Positions 9,897 to 22,695 of a stretch of DNA of 64,000 nt are shown piece after piece. The notes below the pieces were generated by a model. The model did not search any database and had not been told where the DNA came from. It saw only the letters and a program-made list of their open reading frames with translations. Position numbers and translations under genes: made by a program. The stretch comes from Desulfobacterales bacterium (GTDB lineage: Bacteria > Desulfobacterota > Desulfobacteria > Desulfobacterales > UBA5852). Where the stretch lies: NCBI GenBank assembly GCA_963674755.2, contig CAXXVS010000003.1, positions 1,920,001 to 1,984,000 of the forward strand, given 5' to 3'. Numbering within the stretch: the stretch's first letter is position 1; every line of letters starts with the position of its first letter.

Positions 9897-10020
9897 GGGC
9901 GGATGCGTAAAACGCCCGATAGCGGCGTTACGCGAATTTCTCGTCGCTGCGGCGTACTTGAGTACGCCTCTCTCCTCAAAATCCGCAAGCCTTGTTCTCG
10001 AACGTTTTACGCATCCGCCC
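9897..10020 (+). repeat. Diverged nested-hairpin element with perfect 18-bp terminal IR
   Basis: gggcggatgcgtaaaacg ... cgttttacgcatccgccc enclosing ggcgtt..., ggcgtac-ttga-gtacgcc and ...gccttg. Confidence 0.85.
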
Positions 10021-10254
10021 GAGTTGAATTGAACATTCACATTTCGATATTTAGGCGACTTTATAGATCGCAGCTTGGTGATTTGCGATGTATTTTTCAG
10101 TCTAAGCGAGTCTTGTTCTCGATGGCCTTTCTATATCCTGCGATTCAAGAAGCATGTCATAGGAAGTCATCCCGTTGTTGCCGCGGCCTGCAAAAATTCA
10201 CTACACTCCTCGGGCACCGCAAGCCGTGGAGTCTTAAATGCTCCCTCTCGATAA

Positions 10255-10377
10255 AGGCTGCTGTCAGGCGGTAGATTTTCGATCCCGGCAAGGCCGCAGC
10301 CGATTGGCCCCCGCAGGCGCAGCGGCGCTGCGTCGAGGACGGACAAGGGGCGAAAAGATGCTGTCTGACGGCGGCCT
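10255..10377 (-). repeat. Nested-hairpin family copy (internally deleted), directly after the icmF stop
   Basis: Reverse complement reads gcatctttt...tcctcgacgcagc-gcc-gctgcgcctgcgg...ctgcggcctt...aaaatctacc inside the IR aggccgccgtcag/ctgacagcagcct. Confidence 0.85.
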
Positions 10378-10378
10378 T

Positions 10379-13300
10379 TTACATGTTGCGGCGGTATTTT
10401 CCGCCAACCTCATACAGCGCCCCGGTGATCTGGCCCAGGGAGCAGGTCTTCACAGCCTCCATGAGCTCGGCGAAGATGTTCCCGCCGGACAGGGCGGCCT
10501 GCTGCAGGCGTTCCAGGGCCTGGGGCGCCTCGTCCTGGTGGCGGGCGTGAAAGTCGGCCAGACGCTTGAGCTGGGAGGATTTCTCTTCTTCCGTGGCCCG
10601 GGCCAGCTCGACGCCCTCCGAGAGTTCGTCCTCGTGGGCATCCGGGTCGCGAAAAGTGTTGACCCCGATGATGGGCAGATCGCCGGTATGCTTCAGGGTT
10701 TCATAATAAATGGATTCCTCCTGGATCTGGCCCCGCTGGTAGCCGGTTTCCATGGCGCCCAGGACGCCGCCGCGTTCGGTGATGCGGTCGAATTCCAGCA
10801 GGACGGCCTCCTCCACCAGGTCGGTCAATTCGTCCACGATGAAGCTGCCCTGCAGCGGATTTTCGTTCTTGGCCAGGCCCCACTCCCGGTTGATGATCAT
10901 CTGGATGGCCAGGGCCCGGCGCACCGATTCCTTGGACGGGGTGGTGATGGCCTCGTCGAAGGCGTTGGTGTGCAGGCTGTTGCAATTGTCGTAGATGGCG
11001 CACAGGGCCTGCAGGGTGGTGCGGATGTCGTTGAACTGGATGTCCTGGCTGTGCAGGGAGCGGCCCGAGGTCTGGATGTGGTACTTGAGCATCTGGGAGC
11101 GGGCCGAGGCGCCGTATTTATCCCGCAGGGCCACGGACCAGATGCGCCGTGCCACGCGGCCGATGACGGTGTACTCGGGATCCATGCCGTTGGAGAAGAA
11201 GAAGGAGAGATTCGGTCCGAAATGGTCCAGCGGCATGCCCCGGGAGAGATAGTATTCCAGATAGGTGAACCCGTTGGCCAGGGTGAAGGCCAGCTGGGAG
11301 ATGGGGTTCGCGCCGGCCTCGGCGATATGGTAGCCCGAGATGGAGACGGAGTAGAAATTGCGGACGTTGTTTTCGATGAAAAAGGCCTGGATGTCGCCCA
11401 TCATCTTGAGGGCGAAATCGATGGAGAAGATGCAGGTGTTCTGCCCCTGGTCCTCCTTGAGGATGTCGGCCTGGACCGTGCCGCGCACGTTGGCCAGGAC
11501 GTCGACCCGGATCTGATGATAGACGTCTTGGGATGGTGCTTTGCCGTTTTCGGCCCGGTAGCGTTCCACCTGCTGATCGATGGCCGTATTGAGAAACATG
11601 GCCAGGACGATGGGGGCCGGCCCGTTGATGGTCATGGAGACCGATGTGCTCGGCGCGCAGAGCTCGAAGCCGCCGTAGAGCACCTTGACGTCGTCCAAAG
11701 TGCAGACGCTCACCCCGGAAGTCCCCACCTTGCCGTAGATATCGGGCCGCGGGTCCGGGTCGTAGCCGTAGAGGGTGACGGAATCGAAGGCCGTGGAAAG
11801 GCGTTTGGCGGCGCTTTCGGCCGAGAGCAGCTTGAAGCGGCGGTTGGTGCGGGCCGGGTCGCCCTCGCCGGCGAACATGCGGGTGGGGTCTTCGCCCACC
11901 CGTTTGATGGGGAAGACGCCGGCCGTGTAGGGAAAGTAGCCGGGCAGGTTTTCGCGCCGCAGCCAGCGGTAGATCTCGCCGGGGTCCTTGAAATGGGGCA
12001 GGGCGATTTTGGGAATCTTTTTGCGACACAGGGATTCGGAAAAGAGCGGGACGCGGATCTCCCGGTCGCGGACCTGATAGACCAGCTCGTCCTGTTGATA
12101 CGCCTTTTGGGTCTTTTTCCAGCCCTCCACCAGGGCGGTGGTTTCCGGATCCAGGGCCTGACGGGCCTTAGCGGTGGCCTGGTTCAATGGCGCCAGCAAC
12201 TCCCCGGTGGTATCGCCCGGGGTTTCAGCGGATAGGGTGCGGGCGGTTTCCTCCAGGTGCCATACCCGGCGCAACAGATCGGCCTGATCGTCGGTGCGGC
12301 GATGGTAGTGGCGTACGGTGTCCGCGATTTCGGCCAGGTAGCGGGTGCGTTCGGGCGGAATGATGATGGTCTTGGAGGAGGAGACCCGGGTGGCCGGGCG
12401 GGACAGCTGGGAGGCGAAAGCCACTCCGGTCTTTTCACTGATGGTGTCCAGTAGGCCGTGGTAGAGGGCGGTCACCCCGTCGTCGTTGAACTTGGAGGCG
12501 ATGGTGCCGTAGACGGGCATTTCCTCCGGCGCCTTTTCAAAGGCCATCCGGTTGCGCTGCACCTGTTTACGCACGTCGCGCACGGCATCTTCGCCGCCGC
12601 GCTTTTCGAATTTGTTGACCACCACGATGTCGGCGAAATCGAGCATGTCGATTTTTTCGAGCTGGGAAGCCGCCCCGAATTCGGCGGTCATGACGTAGAC
12701 GGAAATGTCTACCATATCGACGATGAGGGAGTCGCCCTGGCCGATGCCGGCGGTTTCGGCAATGATCAGATCGAAACCGGCCGCCTTGGCCACCTGGACG
12801 ATGTCGCTCATGGCCTCGGGAATCTCGGTGTGGGAGCGCCGGGTGGCCAGCGAGCGCATATAGACCCGGGAATTGCCGATGGCATTCATGCGGATGCGGT
12901 CCCCCAGCAGGGCGCCGCCCGTCTTGCGGCGGGAAGGATCGGCGCTGATGATGGCCACGCGGAGGTCCTTGAGATCGAGGAGCATGCGCTGGATCAGCTC
13001 GTCGGTCAGCGACGACTTGCCCGAGCCGCCCGTACCGGTGATGCCGATCACCGGAATGGTGCGCTGGGGCGTGCGGGCCTGGAGTTCTTCCCGCAGTTGG
13101 GCCAGATGGCCGTTTTGCATGGCCTTGGCCTGCTCCACAGTGGTAATCAGATTGGCTACGAGCAGTTTGTTGTCAGGATCCAGCCGGCTCAGGTCGGGCG
13201 CCTGGCCGCTGGCCCGGGGAAAATCCATGGTTTTCACCATGTGGTTGATGATGCCTTGCAGCCCCAGGTGTGCGCCGTCTTCCGGGGAGTAGATCTTGGC

Positions 13301-13657
13301 CACGCCATAGGCCTCCAGCTCCCGGATTTCCTCCGGCACGATGACGCCCCCCCCGCCGCCGAAGACCTTGACGTGATCCGCTCCAGCCTCCTTGAGAAGA
13401 TCCACCATGTACTTGAAGTATTCCACATGGCCGCCCTGATAGCTGGAAACGGCGATGCCCTGGACATCCTCCTCCACGGCGGCATCCACGATTTCCTGCA
13501 CCGCGCGGTTGTGGCCCAGGTGGATCACTTCCACGCCGGTGCTCTGCAGGATGCGCCGGAAGATGTTGATGGAGGCATCGTGGCCGTCGAAAAGCGAGGT
13601 GGCCGTGACGACCCGGATGCTGTTTTGGGGCTGGTATACTTCAGTGGCTGCGGTCAT
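10379..13657 (-). CDS. icmF: Fused isobutyryl-CoA mutase / MeaI GTPase chaperone (AdoCbl-dependent)
   Basis: 1092 aa; B12-binding [10 protein letters not shown]-loop [13 protein letters not shown]; mutase barrel with RMFAGEG and QTSGRSL. Confidence 0.97.
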   Translation of the reverse strand: MTAATEVYQPQNSIRVVTATSLFDGHDASINIFRRILQSTGVEVIHLGHNRAVQEIVDAAVEEDVQGIAVSSYQGGHVEYFKYMVDLLKEAGADHVKVFGGGGGVIVPEEIRELEAYGVAKIYSPEDGAHLGLQGIINHMVKTMDFPRASGQAPDLSRLDPDNKLLVANLITTVEQAKAMQNGHLAQLREELQARTPQRTIPVIGITGTGGSGKSSLTDELIQRMLLDLKDLRVAIISADPSRRKTGGALLGDRIRMNAIGNSRVYMRSLATRRSHTEIPEAMSDIVQVAKAAGFDLIIAETAGIGQGDSLIVDMVDISVYVMTAEFGAASQLEKIDMLDFADIVVVNKFEKRGGEDAVRDVRKQVQRNRMAFEKAPEEMPVYGTIASKFNDDGVTALYHGLLDTISEKTGVAFASQLSRPATRVSSSKTIIIPPERTRYLAEIADTVRHYHRRTDDQADLLRRVWHLEETARTLSAETPGDTTGELLAPLNQATAKARQALDPETTALVEGWKKTQKAYQQDELVYQVRDREIRVPLFSESLCRKKIPKIALPHFKDPGEIYRWLRRENLPGYFPYTAGVFPIKRVGEDPTRMFAGEGDPARTNRRFKLLSAESAAKRLSTAFDSVTLYGYDPDPRPDIYGKVGTSGVSVCTLDDVKVLYGGFELCAPSTSVSMTINGPAPIVLAMFLNTAIDQQVERYRAENGKAPSQDVYHQIRVDVLANVRGTVQADILKEDQGQNTCIFSIDFALKMMGDIQAFFIENNVRNFYSVSISGYHIAEAGANPISQLAFTLANGFTYLEYYLSRGMPLDHFGPNLSFFFSNGMDPEYTVIGRVARRIWSVALRDKYGASARSQMLKYHIQTSGRSLHSQDIQFNDIRTTLQALCAIYDNCNSLHTNAFDEAITTPSKESVRRALAIQMIINREWGLAKNENPLQGSFIVDELTDLVEEAVLLEFDRITERGGVLGAMETGYQRGQIQEESIYYETLKHTGDLPIIGVNTFRDPDAHEDELSEGVELARATEEEKSSQLKRLADFHARHQDEAPQALERLQQAALSGGNIFAELMEAVKTCSLGQITGALYEVGGKYRRNM

Positions 13658-13724
13658 AAACCCTCCTTACATCCACCATGGAAGGGCGCTGCAGGCCAGC
13701 GCCCTTTCTGGGACAAGAGATCTT

Positions 13725-14879
13725 CTATTTCAATTTTCCGATAAGGGCGCTGGCGATGGTGTTTTTCTGGATTTCGCGGGTGCCCTCATAGAGTTCGGTG
13801 ATCTTGGCATCGCGGTAGAAGCGCTCCACCTCGTACTCGCTCATGTAGCCGTAGCCCCCATGGAGCTGGATGGCCTCGTCACAGACCTCCACCGCCGTTC
13901 TGGCCGCCACCATCTTGGCCATGGAGGTCAGCTTGGGGTCGATACGCCCCTGGTCGAAATTCCAGGCCGCCTTGTAGGTCATCAGCCGCGCCAGCTCGAT
14001 CTTGGTGGCCATCTCGGCCAGCTTGTGCTGGGTCACCTGGAACTGGGCGATCTTCTTGCCGAACTGCTCGCGCTGCTTCACATAGGCCAGCGCTCGGTCA
14101 TAGGCCCCCTGGGCCGTACCCAGGGCCTGGGCCGCCACCTGGATGCGGCTCTCGTCAAAGAAATGCAGCACCTGGTAAAACCCCCGGCCCTCCTCGCCCA
14201 GGAGATTCTCCACGGGCACGCGCACGTCCTTGAAGTTCACCTCGGCCGTGGCCATCATGCGGATGCCCATCTTGCGGCCCACATCGGCCGTCGTCAATCC
14301 CTCACGGCCGGCCTCCACCAGAATCACGCTCATGCCCCGGTGGCTGGGGACAATCTCCCCGTCGGTCTGGCAGAGCACGCAGTACACGCTGGCCAGCCCC
14401 CCGTTGGTGATAAAGGTCTTGGTGCCGTTGATCACCCATTCGTTGCCGTCTTTCACCGCCGTGGTGTTCATGCGGGTGATGTCCGAACCGTGGTCGGGTT
14501 CGGTGAAGGCCCCGGCCGAAAGGGCCTGGCCCTCGGCGATCTTGGGCAGCCAGGCCTGCTTCTGGGCCTCGGTGCCGTTGTGCAAAATCAGCTCCGAGGC
14601 AAAGGCCGCCAAAGCCACCGCGCTGCCGATGGTGGAATCCCCCCGGCAAAGCTCCTCGATGACCAGAATGTCTTCCAGAGACCCCAGCCCCTGGCCGGAA
14701 TATGCTTCCGGAAAATGCACCCCGATCAGCCCCAGGTCACCGGCCTTCTGCCAGATCTTCCTGGGGAATTCGTGGGCCTCCTCCAGCTCCAGGGCCAGAT
14801 CCTTGTCAAACTCCCCCTTGGTGAAATCACGAACGGCCTTCACGATCTCCTGCTGTGTGCGATTTAACTCAAAGTCCAT
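13725..14879 (-). CDS. Acyl-CoA dehydrogenase
   Basis: FTEPDHGSD, QLHGGYGY, LYEGTREIQ. Confidence 0.92.
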   Translation of the reverse strand: MDFELNRTQQEIVKAVRDFTKGEFDKDLALELEEAHEFPRKIWQKAGDLGLIGVHFPEAYSGQGLGSLEDILVIEELCRGDSTIGSAVALAAFASELILHNGTEAQKQAWLPKIAEGQALSAGAFTEPDHGSDITRMNTTAVKDGNEWVINGTKTFITNGGLASVYCVLCQTDGEIVPSHRGMSVILVEAGREGLTTADVGRKMGIRMMATAEVNFKDVRVPVENLLGEEGRGFYQVLHFFDESRIQVAAQALGTAQGAYDRALAYVKQREQFGKKIAQFQVTQHKLAEMATKIELARLMTYKAAWNFDQGRIDPKLTSMAKMVAARTAVEVCDEAIQLHGGYGYMSEYEVERFYRDAKITELYEGTREIQKNTIASALIGKLK

Positions 14880-14921
14880 TGTGCGTCCCCATGTGTTGTT
14901 GCTGTGGTTAACGATAACGGT

Positions 14922-15605
14922 TTATCCCGTGTCGCCGCCGGCACGGACGGCCGGGGCGGGTTCCTCGGTATGGCACATGCTCAGAATGAAGGCGGTCTGG
15001 TGCCGGATATAATCCTCGATGGTGTAATGGCGCCCCAGAAACCAGCGCCGGAAGGTCCACATGTGTCCCATCACGGCGATGTTGTGGGCGATGAGGTCCA
15101 TGGCGGTTTCCGAGAGCAGCGGAATGTCTCCGGAGGCCATCAGCTGGGCCAGGGCGCGGGTGAACAGGCCGGTGATGCGCACATCGTTTTCCAGCACCAT
15201 CCGCCGCCATTTACCCGGCAGGGACTGGGTTTCCTGATAGATCAGGAGGATGTGGTCGCTCATGCGGTGGCAGACCAGCAGGTACTCCCGAACGACTTCG
15301 GTCAGGGGATTATCCTGGCGGGAGACCCGCTGCAGGGCATCCGCCATGCCGCGCTCCATTTCGGCATGGATGGCGTCGCAGACCAGGTAGAGCACGTCTT
15401 CCTTATTGGCGATGTACTCGTAGAGCGAACCGATGGAAATGCCGGCCGCCCGGGCAATCTGGCGGGTGGTGGTCTTGTGGAAGCCGTTTTGGATAAAGAG
15501 CTCCACGGCCGCATCGACGATCTGCCGGCGGCGGCGCTGCACGAGGTCCTGATTCTTGACCAGCGTGGGGATCGGCTGATGGGTGTCACGCGGGACGATG
15601 CCCAT
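14922..15605 (-). CDS. TetR/AcrR-family regulator
   Basis: GFHKTTTRQIARAAGISIGSLYEY HTH; start uncertain. Confidence 0.88.
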   Translation of the reverse strand: MGIVPRDTHQPIPTLVKNQDLVQRRRRQIVDAAVELFIQNGFHKTTTRQIARAAGISIGSLYEYIANKEDVLYLVCDAIHAEMERGMADALQRVSRQDNPLTEVVREYLLVCHRMSDHILLIYQETQSLPGKWRRMVLENDVRITGLFTRALAQLMASGDIPLLSETAMDLIAHNIAVMGHMWTFRRWFLGRHYTIEDYIRHQTAFILSMCHTEEPAPAVRAGGDTG

Positions 15606-15664
15606 GATGATCGCATCCTTTTCGGAATACAGGGAAGCCCGTCAGGCCATGGTGTCGAACAAAT

Positions 15665-15713
15665 CTGAACGAGCGCTCAGTCGGAAATACATCCTCCAGA
15701 CGAAAGTTGTCAA
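15665..15713 (-). promoter_or_regulatory. Putative promoter and palindromic operator upstream of the tetR-acad-icmF operon
   Basis: Minus strand TTGACA-N18-TATTTC; palindrome ctgaacg-ag-cgctcag at 15665-15680. Confidence 0.5.
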
Positions 15714-16010
15714 TATTTTTTTGGGGGTCGCAAAGCGCTCATTAACATCTGAAAAATGCTGGGATTTAATGCCCGTGCGAACCGGCTCCCGCAAGTTTTC
15801 CCCAAACGGAGGAACCCATTAAGGGGTTGTCAGATATCAAAATTTGACATAGGGACAGCTGGCGTTGTCATGAATTGTTTTAGCGATAATTATAAAAACG
15901 GCATTCATTAAATCGGGTTGATTAATCATATCGGTCCGGTGGTCGGGTCGGCCAAAGATACGCCGCCAGGCCCCGGCCTTATCCATGGGAAAGGGAGGAA
16001 CGTTCGCGCA

Positions 16011-17648
16011 ATGAGCAGCACAACGATGATGAACATGACCGACTATGACAAGGAATACGCTGCATTCAAATGGGAGGTGCCGGAGTATTTCAATTTCGCC
16101 GGCGACGTGATCGACAAATGGGCTGAGAACCCGGACAAACTGGCCATGCTGTGGGTCGACGACGACGGCCATGAGGTGCGCAAGACCTTTCGCGACCTGA
16201 GCCAGGCCTCCAATCGCCTGGCCAATGTCCTTACCGCGCAGGGGGTCCGGCGGGACGACGTGGTCCTCGTGATCCTGCCGCGCAACATCGAATGGTGGGA
16301 GACCTTCACAGCCTGCATCCGCATGGGGGCGGTGGTGGCGCCGGGCACCACCCAGCTGACGGCCAAGGATATCAAATACCGCGCCAACACGGCCGAGGCC
16401 ACCTGCATCATCACCAATCCCGAGATCGCCGCCCGGTTCGACGAAGTGGCCGGCGAATGCCCCACGGTGAAGAGCCGCATCGTGATTACCGAACCCCGCG
16501 ACAGCTGGCTTTTTTACACAGATGCCGTGACAGCGGCCTCCGGGGACTTCGAGACGGCCAAGACCCGCAGCGGCGACAACTGCATCGTCTACTTCACCTC
16601 CGGCACCACCGGCTTTCCCAAGATGGCGTTGCACACCCACGCCTCCTATCCCATCGGCCACCAGGTGACCGGCAAATACTGGCTGGACCTGCGGGAAGAC
16701 GACATGCACTGGAACGTGAGCGACACCGGCTGGGCCAAGGCCGCCTGGAGCAGCTATTTCGGCCCCTGGAACATGGGCGCGGCCCAGTTCATCCACCATA
16801 CCGACCGCTTCGATCCCAAGAAGACCCTCGAGCTCCTCGGCCAGTACCCCGTCACCACCATGTGCGGGGCCCCCACCATCTACCGCATGCTGGTGCTGCA
16901 GGATCTCGGTCAGTACAAGTTCCCGCACCTGCGCCACTGCGTGGGGGCCGGAGAACCGCTCAACCCGGAGATCATCGAGGTCTGGAAAAAGGCCACCGGC
17001 TGCACCATCCGCGACGGCTACGGCCAGACCGAAACCGTGTGTCTGTGCGGCAGCTTCCCCTGCCTGGAACCCAAATTCGGCTCCATGGGCAAACCCATGC
17101 CGGGCATCGATTTGCAGGTGATCGACGAGACGGGTGCAGTTCTGCCCCCCAACAAGGAAGGCGACATCGCCGTGCGGGTCAAGCCGGAACGCCCGGTGGG
17201 GTTGTTCAAGGAATACTGGAAGGAGCCGGAACGCACGGCCGCAACCTACCGCAATGATTGGTATCTGACCGGGGATCGGGCCTTTGTGGACGAGGACGGC
17301 TATTTCTGGTTCGTGGGCCGGGCGGATGACGTGATTTTGACTTCGGGCTACCGCATCGGTCCCTTCGAGGTGGAAAGCGCGCTCATCGAACACCCGGCCG
17401 TGGCCGAATCGGCCGTGGTCTCCAGCCCGGACGAAACCCGGGGCGAAGTGGTCAAGGCCTTTGTCATCCTGGCGCCGGGCTACACCGGCAGCGACGAACT
17501 GGCCAAGGAGCTGCAGGACTACGTCAAAAAGGTCACGGCGCCCTACAAGTATCCGCGCAAGATCGATTTCGTGATGGAGCTGCCCAAGACCGTGAGCGGC
17601 AAGATCCGCCGCATCGAACTGCGCGACAGGGAATGGGGCAAGGCCTAA
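16011..17648 (+). CDS. Medium/short-chain acyl-CoA synthetase (ACSM-like)
   Basis: YFTSGTTGFPK, DGYGQTET, LPKTVSGKI; GGAGG SD before ATG 16011. Confidence 0.92.
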   Translation: MSSTTMMNMTDYDKEYAAFKWEVPEYFNFAGDVIDKWAENPDKLAMLWVDDDGHEVRKTFRDLSQASNRLANVLTAQGVRRDDVVLVILPRNIEWWETFTACIRMGAVVAPGTTQLTAKDIKYRANTAEATCIITNPEIAARFDEVAGECPTVKSRIVITEPRDSWLFYTDAVTAASGDFETAKTRSGDNCIVYFTSGTTGFPKMALHTHASYPIGHQVTGKYWLDLREDDMHWNVSDTGWAKAAWSSYFGPWNMGAAQFIHHTDRFDPKKTLELLGQYPVTTMCGAPTIYRMLVLQDLGQYKFPHLRHCVGAGEPLNPEIIEVWKKATGCTIRDGYGQTETVCLCGSFPCLEPKFGSMGKPMPGIDLQVIDETGAVLPPNKEGDIAVRVKPERPVGLFKEYWKEPERTAATYRNDWYLTGDRAFVDEDGYFWFVGRADDVILTSGYRIGPFEVESALIEHPAVAESAVVSSPDETRGEVVKAFVILAPGYTGSDELAKELQDYVKKVTAPYKYPRKIDFVMELPKTVSGKIRRIELRDREWGKA

Positions 17649-17959
17649 GGCCCGGTCTCTTCTCTTTGTCTGTCAATGCGGCCGCTGCCGGTGAGGGCGA
17701 CACCGGGCCGGCGGCGGCCGCTCCTCCCCCCTCCCTCCCTACCCCCGGTCATCGGCAAGTCGATGGCGGTCATCCCAAAACAGCGGAGGCGTTTTCAGCC
17801 CATCATCCTTTCCCCAGATCTGACGAGAATTCCGCGCTTTCTTTAGGGACCGGTTGCCGACCGCCGTGTCGAATTCTGCCATTGCTTCCACGCCGTCTTC
17901 GGGGCAGCCGCTAAAAATGCACTTGACAAGCCATCCTGATCCTCGGTAGAAGGGAGCAG

Positions 17960-17975
17960 CCTACCGTCCGGTAGG
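17960..17975. promoter_or_regulatory. Putative TetR operator
   Basis: Palindrome cctacc-gtcc-ggtagg just downstream of TTGACA...TAGAAG and upstream of a tetR gene. Confidence 0.6.
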
Positions 17976-17997
17976 TAGGGAGTGGCGTTCATCCCCC

Positions 17998-18609
17998 ATG
18001 AGGTCTGCAATGCCCCACATGAAAGACACCATCACCGATGCGGCCGTCGATCTGTTCTACCAGAAGGGCTATTTCGCCACCAGCGTGAGCGAGATCGCCC
18101 GCCAGTGCGGCATTCAGAAAGCCAGCCTCTACTACCACTACCCGAGCAAGGAAAACATCCTCTTCCAGATTCAAAAGGTCACCATGGATGAGCTCACGGA
18201 CTACCTGCGCAGCAACCTGGACGGTCTCACCGATGTGGAAACGCGTATGCGGGCCGCGGTGCACAGCCACGTGCGCTTCCACCTCAACCGGCAGAAGGAA
18301 ACCTTCATCGCCAACAGCGAGTTGCGCGGCCTGACCCCGGACCATTACCGGGAGATCGTCAGCCGGCGCGATGCCTACGAGCAGATCTTTCAGAATATCA
18401 TCCGGGAGGGCTGTGAGGCCGGCGTTTTTGCGCCGGTCGACGTGAAAATTCTCTCCTATGCCATATTGACCCTGTGCAATGCGGGGGCGATCTGGTTCAA
18501 GCCGAAAGGCCGCATGCCGGTGGATGCCATCGCCGCCATTTACGAAGCTTTCGTCCTGCAGGGACTCAAAACCGGGCGTCCGGGGCTGGCGCCGATGCCT
18601 GCCGGATAA
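17998..18609 (+). CDS. TetR-family regulator (KstR2/PaaR-like)
   Basis: GYFATSVSEIARQCGIQKASLYYHYPSKE HTH; alternative start 18019. Confidence 0.9.
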   Translation: MRSAMPHMKDTITDAAVDLFYQKGYFATSVSEIARQCGIQKASLYYHYPSKENILFQIQKVTMDELTDYLRSNLDGLTDVETRMRAAVHSHVRFHLNRQKETFIANSELRGLTPDHYREIVSRRDAYEQIFQNIIREGCEAGVFAPVDVKILSYAILTLCNAGAIWFKPKGRMPVDAIAAIYEAFVLQGLKTGRPGLAPMPAG

Positions 18610-18662
18610 AGGGGTTTACGGCCAAGGGAAAAAAACAACGTTGGTGAAATGCAAAGGAGGTC

Positions 18663-19814
18663 GTGGTGGACTTCGATCTGACCCGAGAGCAGGAAATGAT
18701 CCGCAAAGAGGTGCGCCTGTTTGCCGAAAAGGAGATTGCACCGATTGCCCTGGAGCTGGATGAAACCGAGACGTTTTCGCCCGAGCTGACCCGCAAGATG
18801 GGCGAGATCGGGTTGTTCGGCATGTTCGTGCCCGAAGTTTACGAGGGGCAGCAGATGGACTATCTGGCCTATATCATCGCCGTGGAGGAGATCGCCCGGG
18901 TGGACGGCTCCCAGGCCGCCACCATCGCGGCCGGCAACTCCCTGGGCATCGGGCCCATCTACTATTTCGGCTCCGAAGAGCAGAAGCGCAAATACCTCCC
19001 CCCCCTGTGCCGGGGCGAAGGCCTGTGGGGCTTCGGGCTGACCGAGCCCACGGCAGGCAGCGATGCCGGCGGCAGCAAGACCACAGCCGTGCGGGACGGC
19101 GACAGCTGGGTCCTCAACGGGTCCAAAATTTTCATCACCAATGCGGCCAGCCCCATCTCCATGGGGGTCACCGTGCAGGCCATCACCGGGACCCGCGCCA
19201 ACGGACGGCCCGAATACACCTGCTTCCTGGTGGAGCACGGCACCCCGGGGTTCAAGGCGGTGGAGATGCACCGCAAGATGATGTGGCGCGCTTCCAACAC
19301 GGCCGAACTTTATTTCGACGACGTGCGTGTGCCCGCGGCCAATGTGCTGGGCAATATCGGCGACGGATTCCATCAGATGCTCCAGACCCTGGACGGCGGG
19401 CGCCTCTCCATCGGGGCCATGGGGCTGGGCGGCGCCCAGGGGGCCTATGACGCGGCCCTCAAATACGCCACCCAGCGGGAGCAGTTCGGCCAGCCGATCT
19501 CGAAGTTCCAGGCCGTGGCCTTTAAACTGGCCGACTGCGCCATGGAAATCGAGTGCGGCCGCAACCTGCTTTACAAGGCCTGCTGGCTGCGGGACCGGAA
19601 GCGTGACTTTGGCAAGGAGGCCGCCATGGCCAAGCTCTACTGCTCGGAGCTGATGGGGCGGGTGACCAACCACGCCGTCCAGATCCACGGGGGCTACGGC
19701 CTGATGAAAGAGTACAACGTGGAGCGTTTTTACCGCGACCAGAAACTGCTCGACATCGGGGAAGGGACGTCCGAGGTGCAGCGGATCGTTATCTCACGGT
19801 TTCTGGGGTGCTAA
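18663..19814 (+). CDS. Acyl-CoA dehydrogenase (isovaleryl-CoA dehydrogenase-like by context)
   Basis: GLTEPTAGSD, IGEGTSEVQR; first enzyme of a yng/liu-like cluster. Confidence 0.88.
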   Translation: MVDFDLTREQEMIRKEVRLFAEKEIAPIALELDETETFSPELTRKMGEIGLFGMFVPEVYEGQQMDYLAYIIAVEEIARVDGSQAATIAAGNSLGIGPIYYFGSEEQKRKYLPPLCRGEGLWGFGLTEPTAGSDAGGSKTTAVRDGDSWVLNGSKIFITNAASPISMGVTVQAITGTRANGRPEYTCFLVEHGTPGFKAVEMHRKMMWRASNTAELYFDDVRVPAANVLGNIGDGFHQMLQTLDGGRLSIGAMGLGGAQGAYDAALKYATQREQFGQPISKFQAVAFKLADCAMEIECGRNLLYKACWLRDRKRDFGKEAAMAKLYCSELMGRVTNHAVQIHGGYGLMKEYNVERFYRDQKLLDIGEGTSEVQRIVISRFLGC

Positions 19815-19817
19815 CCC

Positions 19818-20014
19818 GTGTCCACCCCTAAACGGCATCTTTTGGCCCCTGGCGGCGTTCTCGCCTCCTGTCGGTCCTCGGCGTAGCCGGGCTACGCCTG
19901 TGGGCGCCCGTCGGCTGCGATTTGTTGAACACCGATGTGTTTAAGACTCAGACGTGAAATCCCGCGCTGTGCGGCGGGACCAGGAACCAAAATCTACCAT
20001 TTAGGGATGGACAC
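19818..20014 (+). repeat. Nested-hairpin family copy, long subtype
   Basis: Outer IR gtgtcca..ccctaaa / tttaggg.tggacac; ggcatcttttgg, ggcgttctcgc, tcctcggcgtagc...gctacgcc, aaccaaaatctacc; starts 3 nt after stop. Confidence 0.9.
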
Positions 20015-20134
20015 TGATTTCTTATCGATGAGCACTAAATAGTGCGTTTGACAGGGGTACGGGGGACCGTATTCGGCCAACCATTTTTAACCGATTCCAT
20101 TCGAACCACCGCAACTGATGAGGAGGAGAGCTCG

Positions 20135-21814
<1,680 letters not shown>

Positions 21815-21907
21815 TGACCGCTTAACCGTTTCAAAGGGCCGGCGCTCTTAACGCCGGCCCTCCAAGAAATCGCCCCCCACTTGGGGGCGATGCCAAAGGA
21901 GATGGCG

Positions 21908-22690
21908 ATGGAAGAAAAAGCCCTTCGCATTGAGGAAAAGGATGCGGTGGCCGTCTTGACCCTCAATCGGCCCGAGACCATGAATGCCTTCAATTTTGCA
22001 CTTCTTCTGGAACTGAAGGCGGCGGTGGAGGAACTGCGGTTTCGGCCGGAGATCCGGGTGGTGATCATTACCGGGGCGGGGCCCAAGGCCTTTTGCGCCG
22101 GCGCCGACTTGAAAGAGCGGGCCACTCTGGCGCCGTTGGACGTTAAGCGCTTCATCTATACGATCCGCAATCTTTTTACCGCCATTGAGGACCTCAACAA
22201 GCCGGTCATTGCCGCCATCAACGGCGTGGCCCTGGGGGGCGGCACCGAGCTGGCCCTGGCCTGCGACATCCGTCTGGCCGCGGAAACCGCCAGCATGGGG
22301 TTGACCGAAACCCGCCTGGCCATCATTCCCGGGGCGGGGGGCACCCAGCGCCTGCCGCGCCTGATCGGCCGCGGCAAAGCCAAGGAGCTCATCTTCACGG
22401 GCCAACGGGTACCGGCCGCCGAGGCCCTGGCCATGGGGCTGGTCAACCAGGTCTGCCCACCCGACAACCTGCTGGACGCTTGCCACGCCATGGCGGCCCA
22501 GATTTGCGAAACCGGCCCCATTGCCATCGAGCAGGCCAAATACGCCATCAATCACGGGCTGGAAACCGATCTTCACACCGGGCTGGCCATCGAGTCCAAT
22601 GCCTATTGGGTGACCATTCCCACCCAGGACCGGCTGGAGGGGCTGGCCGCGTTCCGTGAAAAACGAAAACCCGTCTACAAGGGGGAGTAG
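21908..22690 (+). CDS. Enoyl-CoA hydratase (methylglutaconyl-CoA hydratase-like)
   Basis: AFCAGADLKER, ALGGGTEL, PGAGGTQRLPR. Confidence 0.88.
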   Translation: MEEKALRIEEKDAVAVLTLNRPETMNAFNFALLLELKAAVEELRFRPEIRVVIITGAGPKAFCAGADLKERATLAPLDVKRFIYTIRNLFTAIEDLNKPVIAAINGVALGGGTELALACDIRLAAETASMGLTETRLAIIPGAGGTQRLPRLIGRGKAKELIFTGQRVPAAEALAMGLVNQVCPPDNLLDACHAMAAQICETGPIAIEQAKYAINHGLETDLHTGLAIESNAYWVTIPTQDRLEGLAAFREKRKPVYKGE

Positions 22691-22695
22691 CCATC

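Noticed and set aside
9884..9988. N-terminal extension of the thiolase ORF
   Set aside because: Runs through the repeat element; strong SD and family start at 9883
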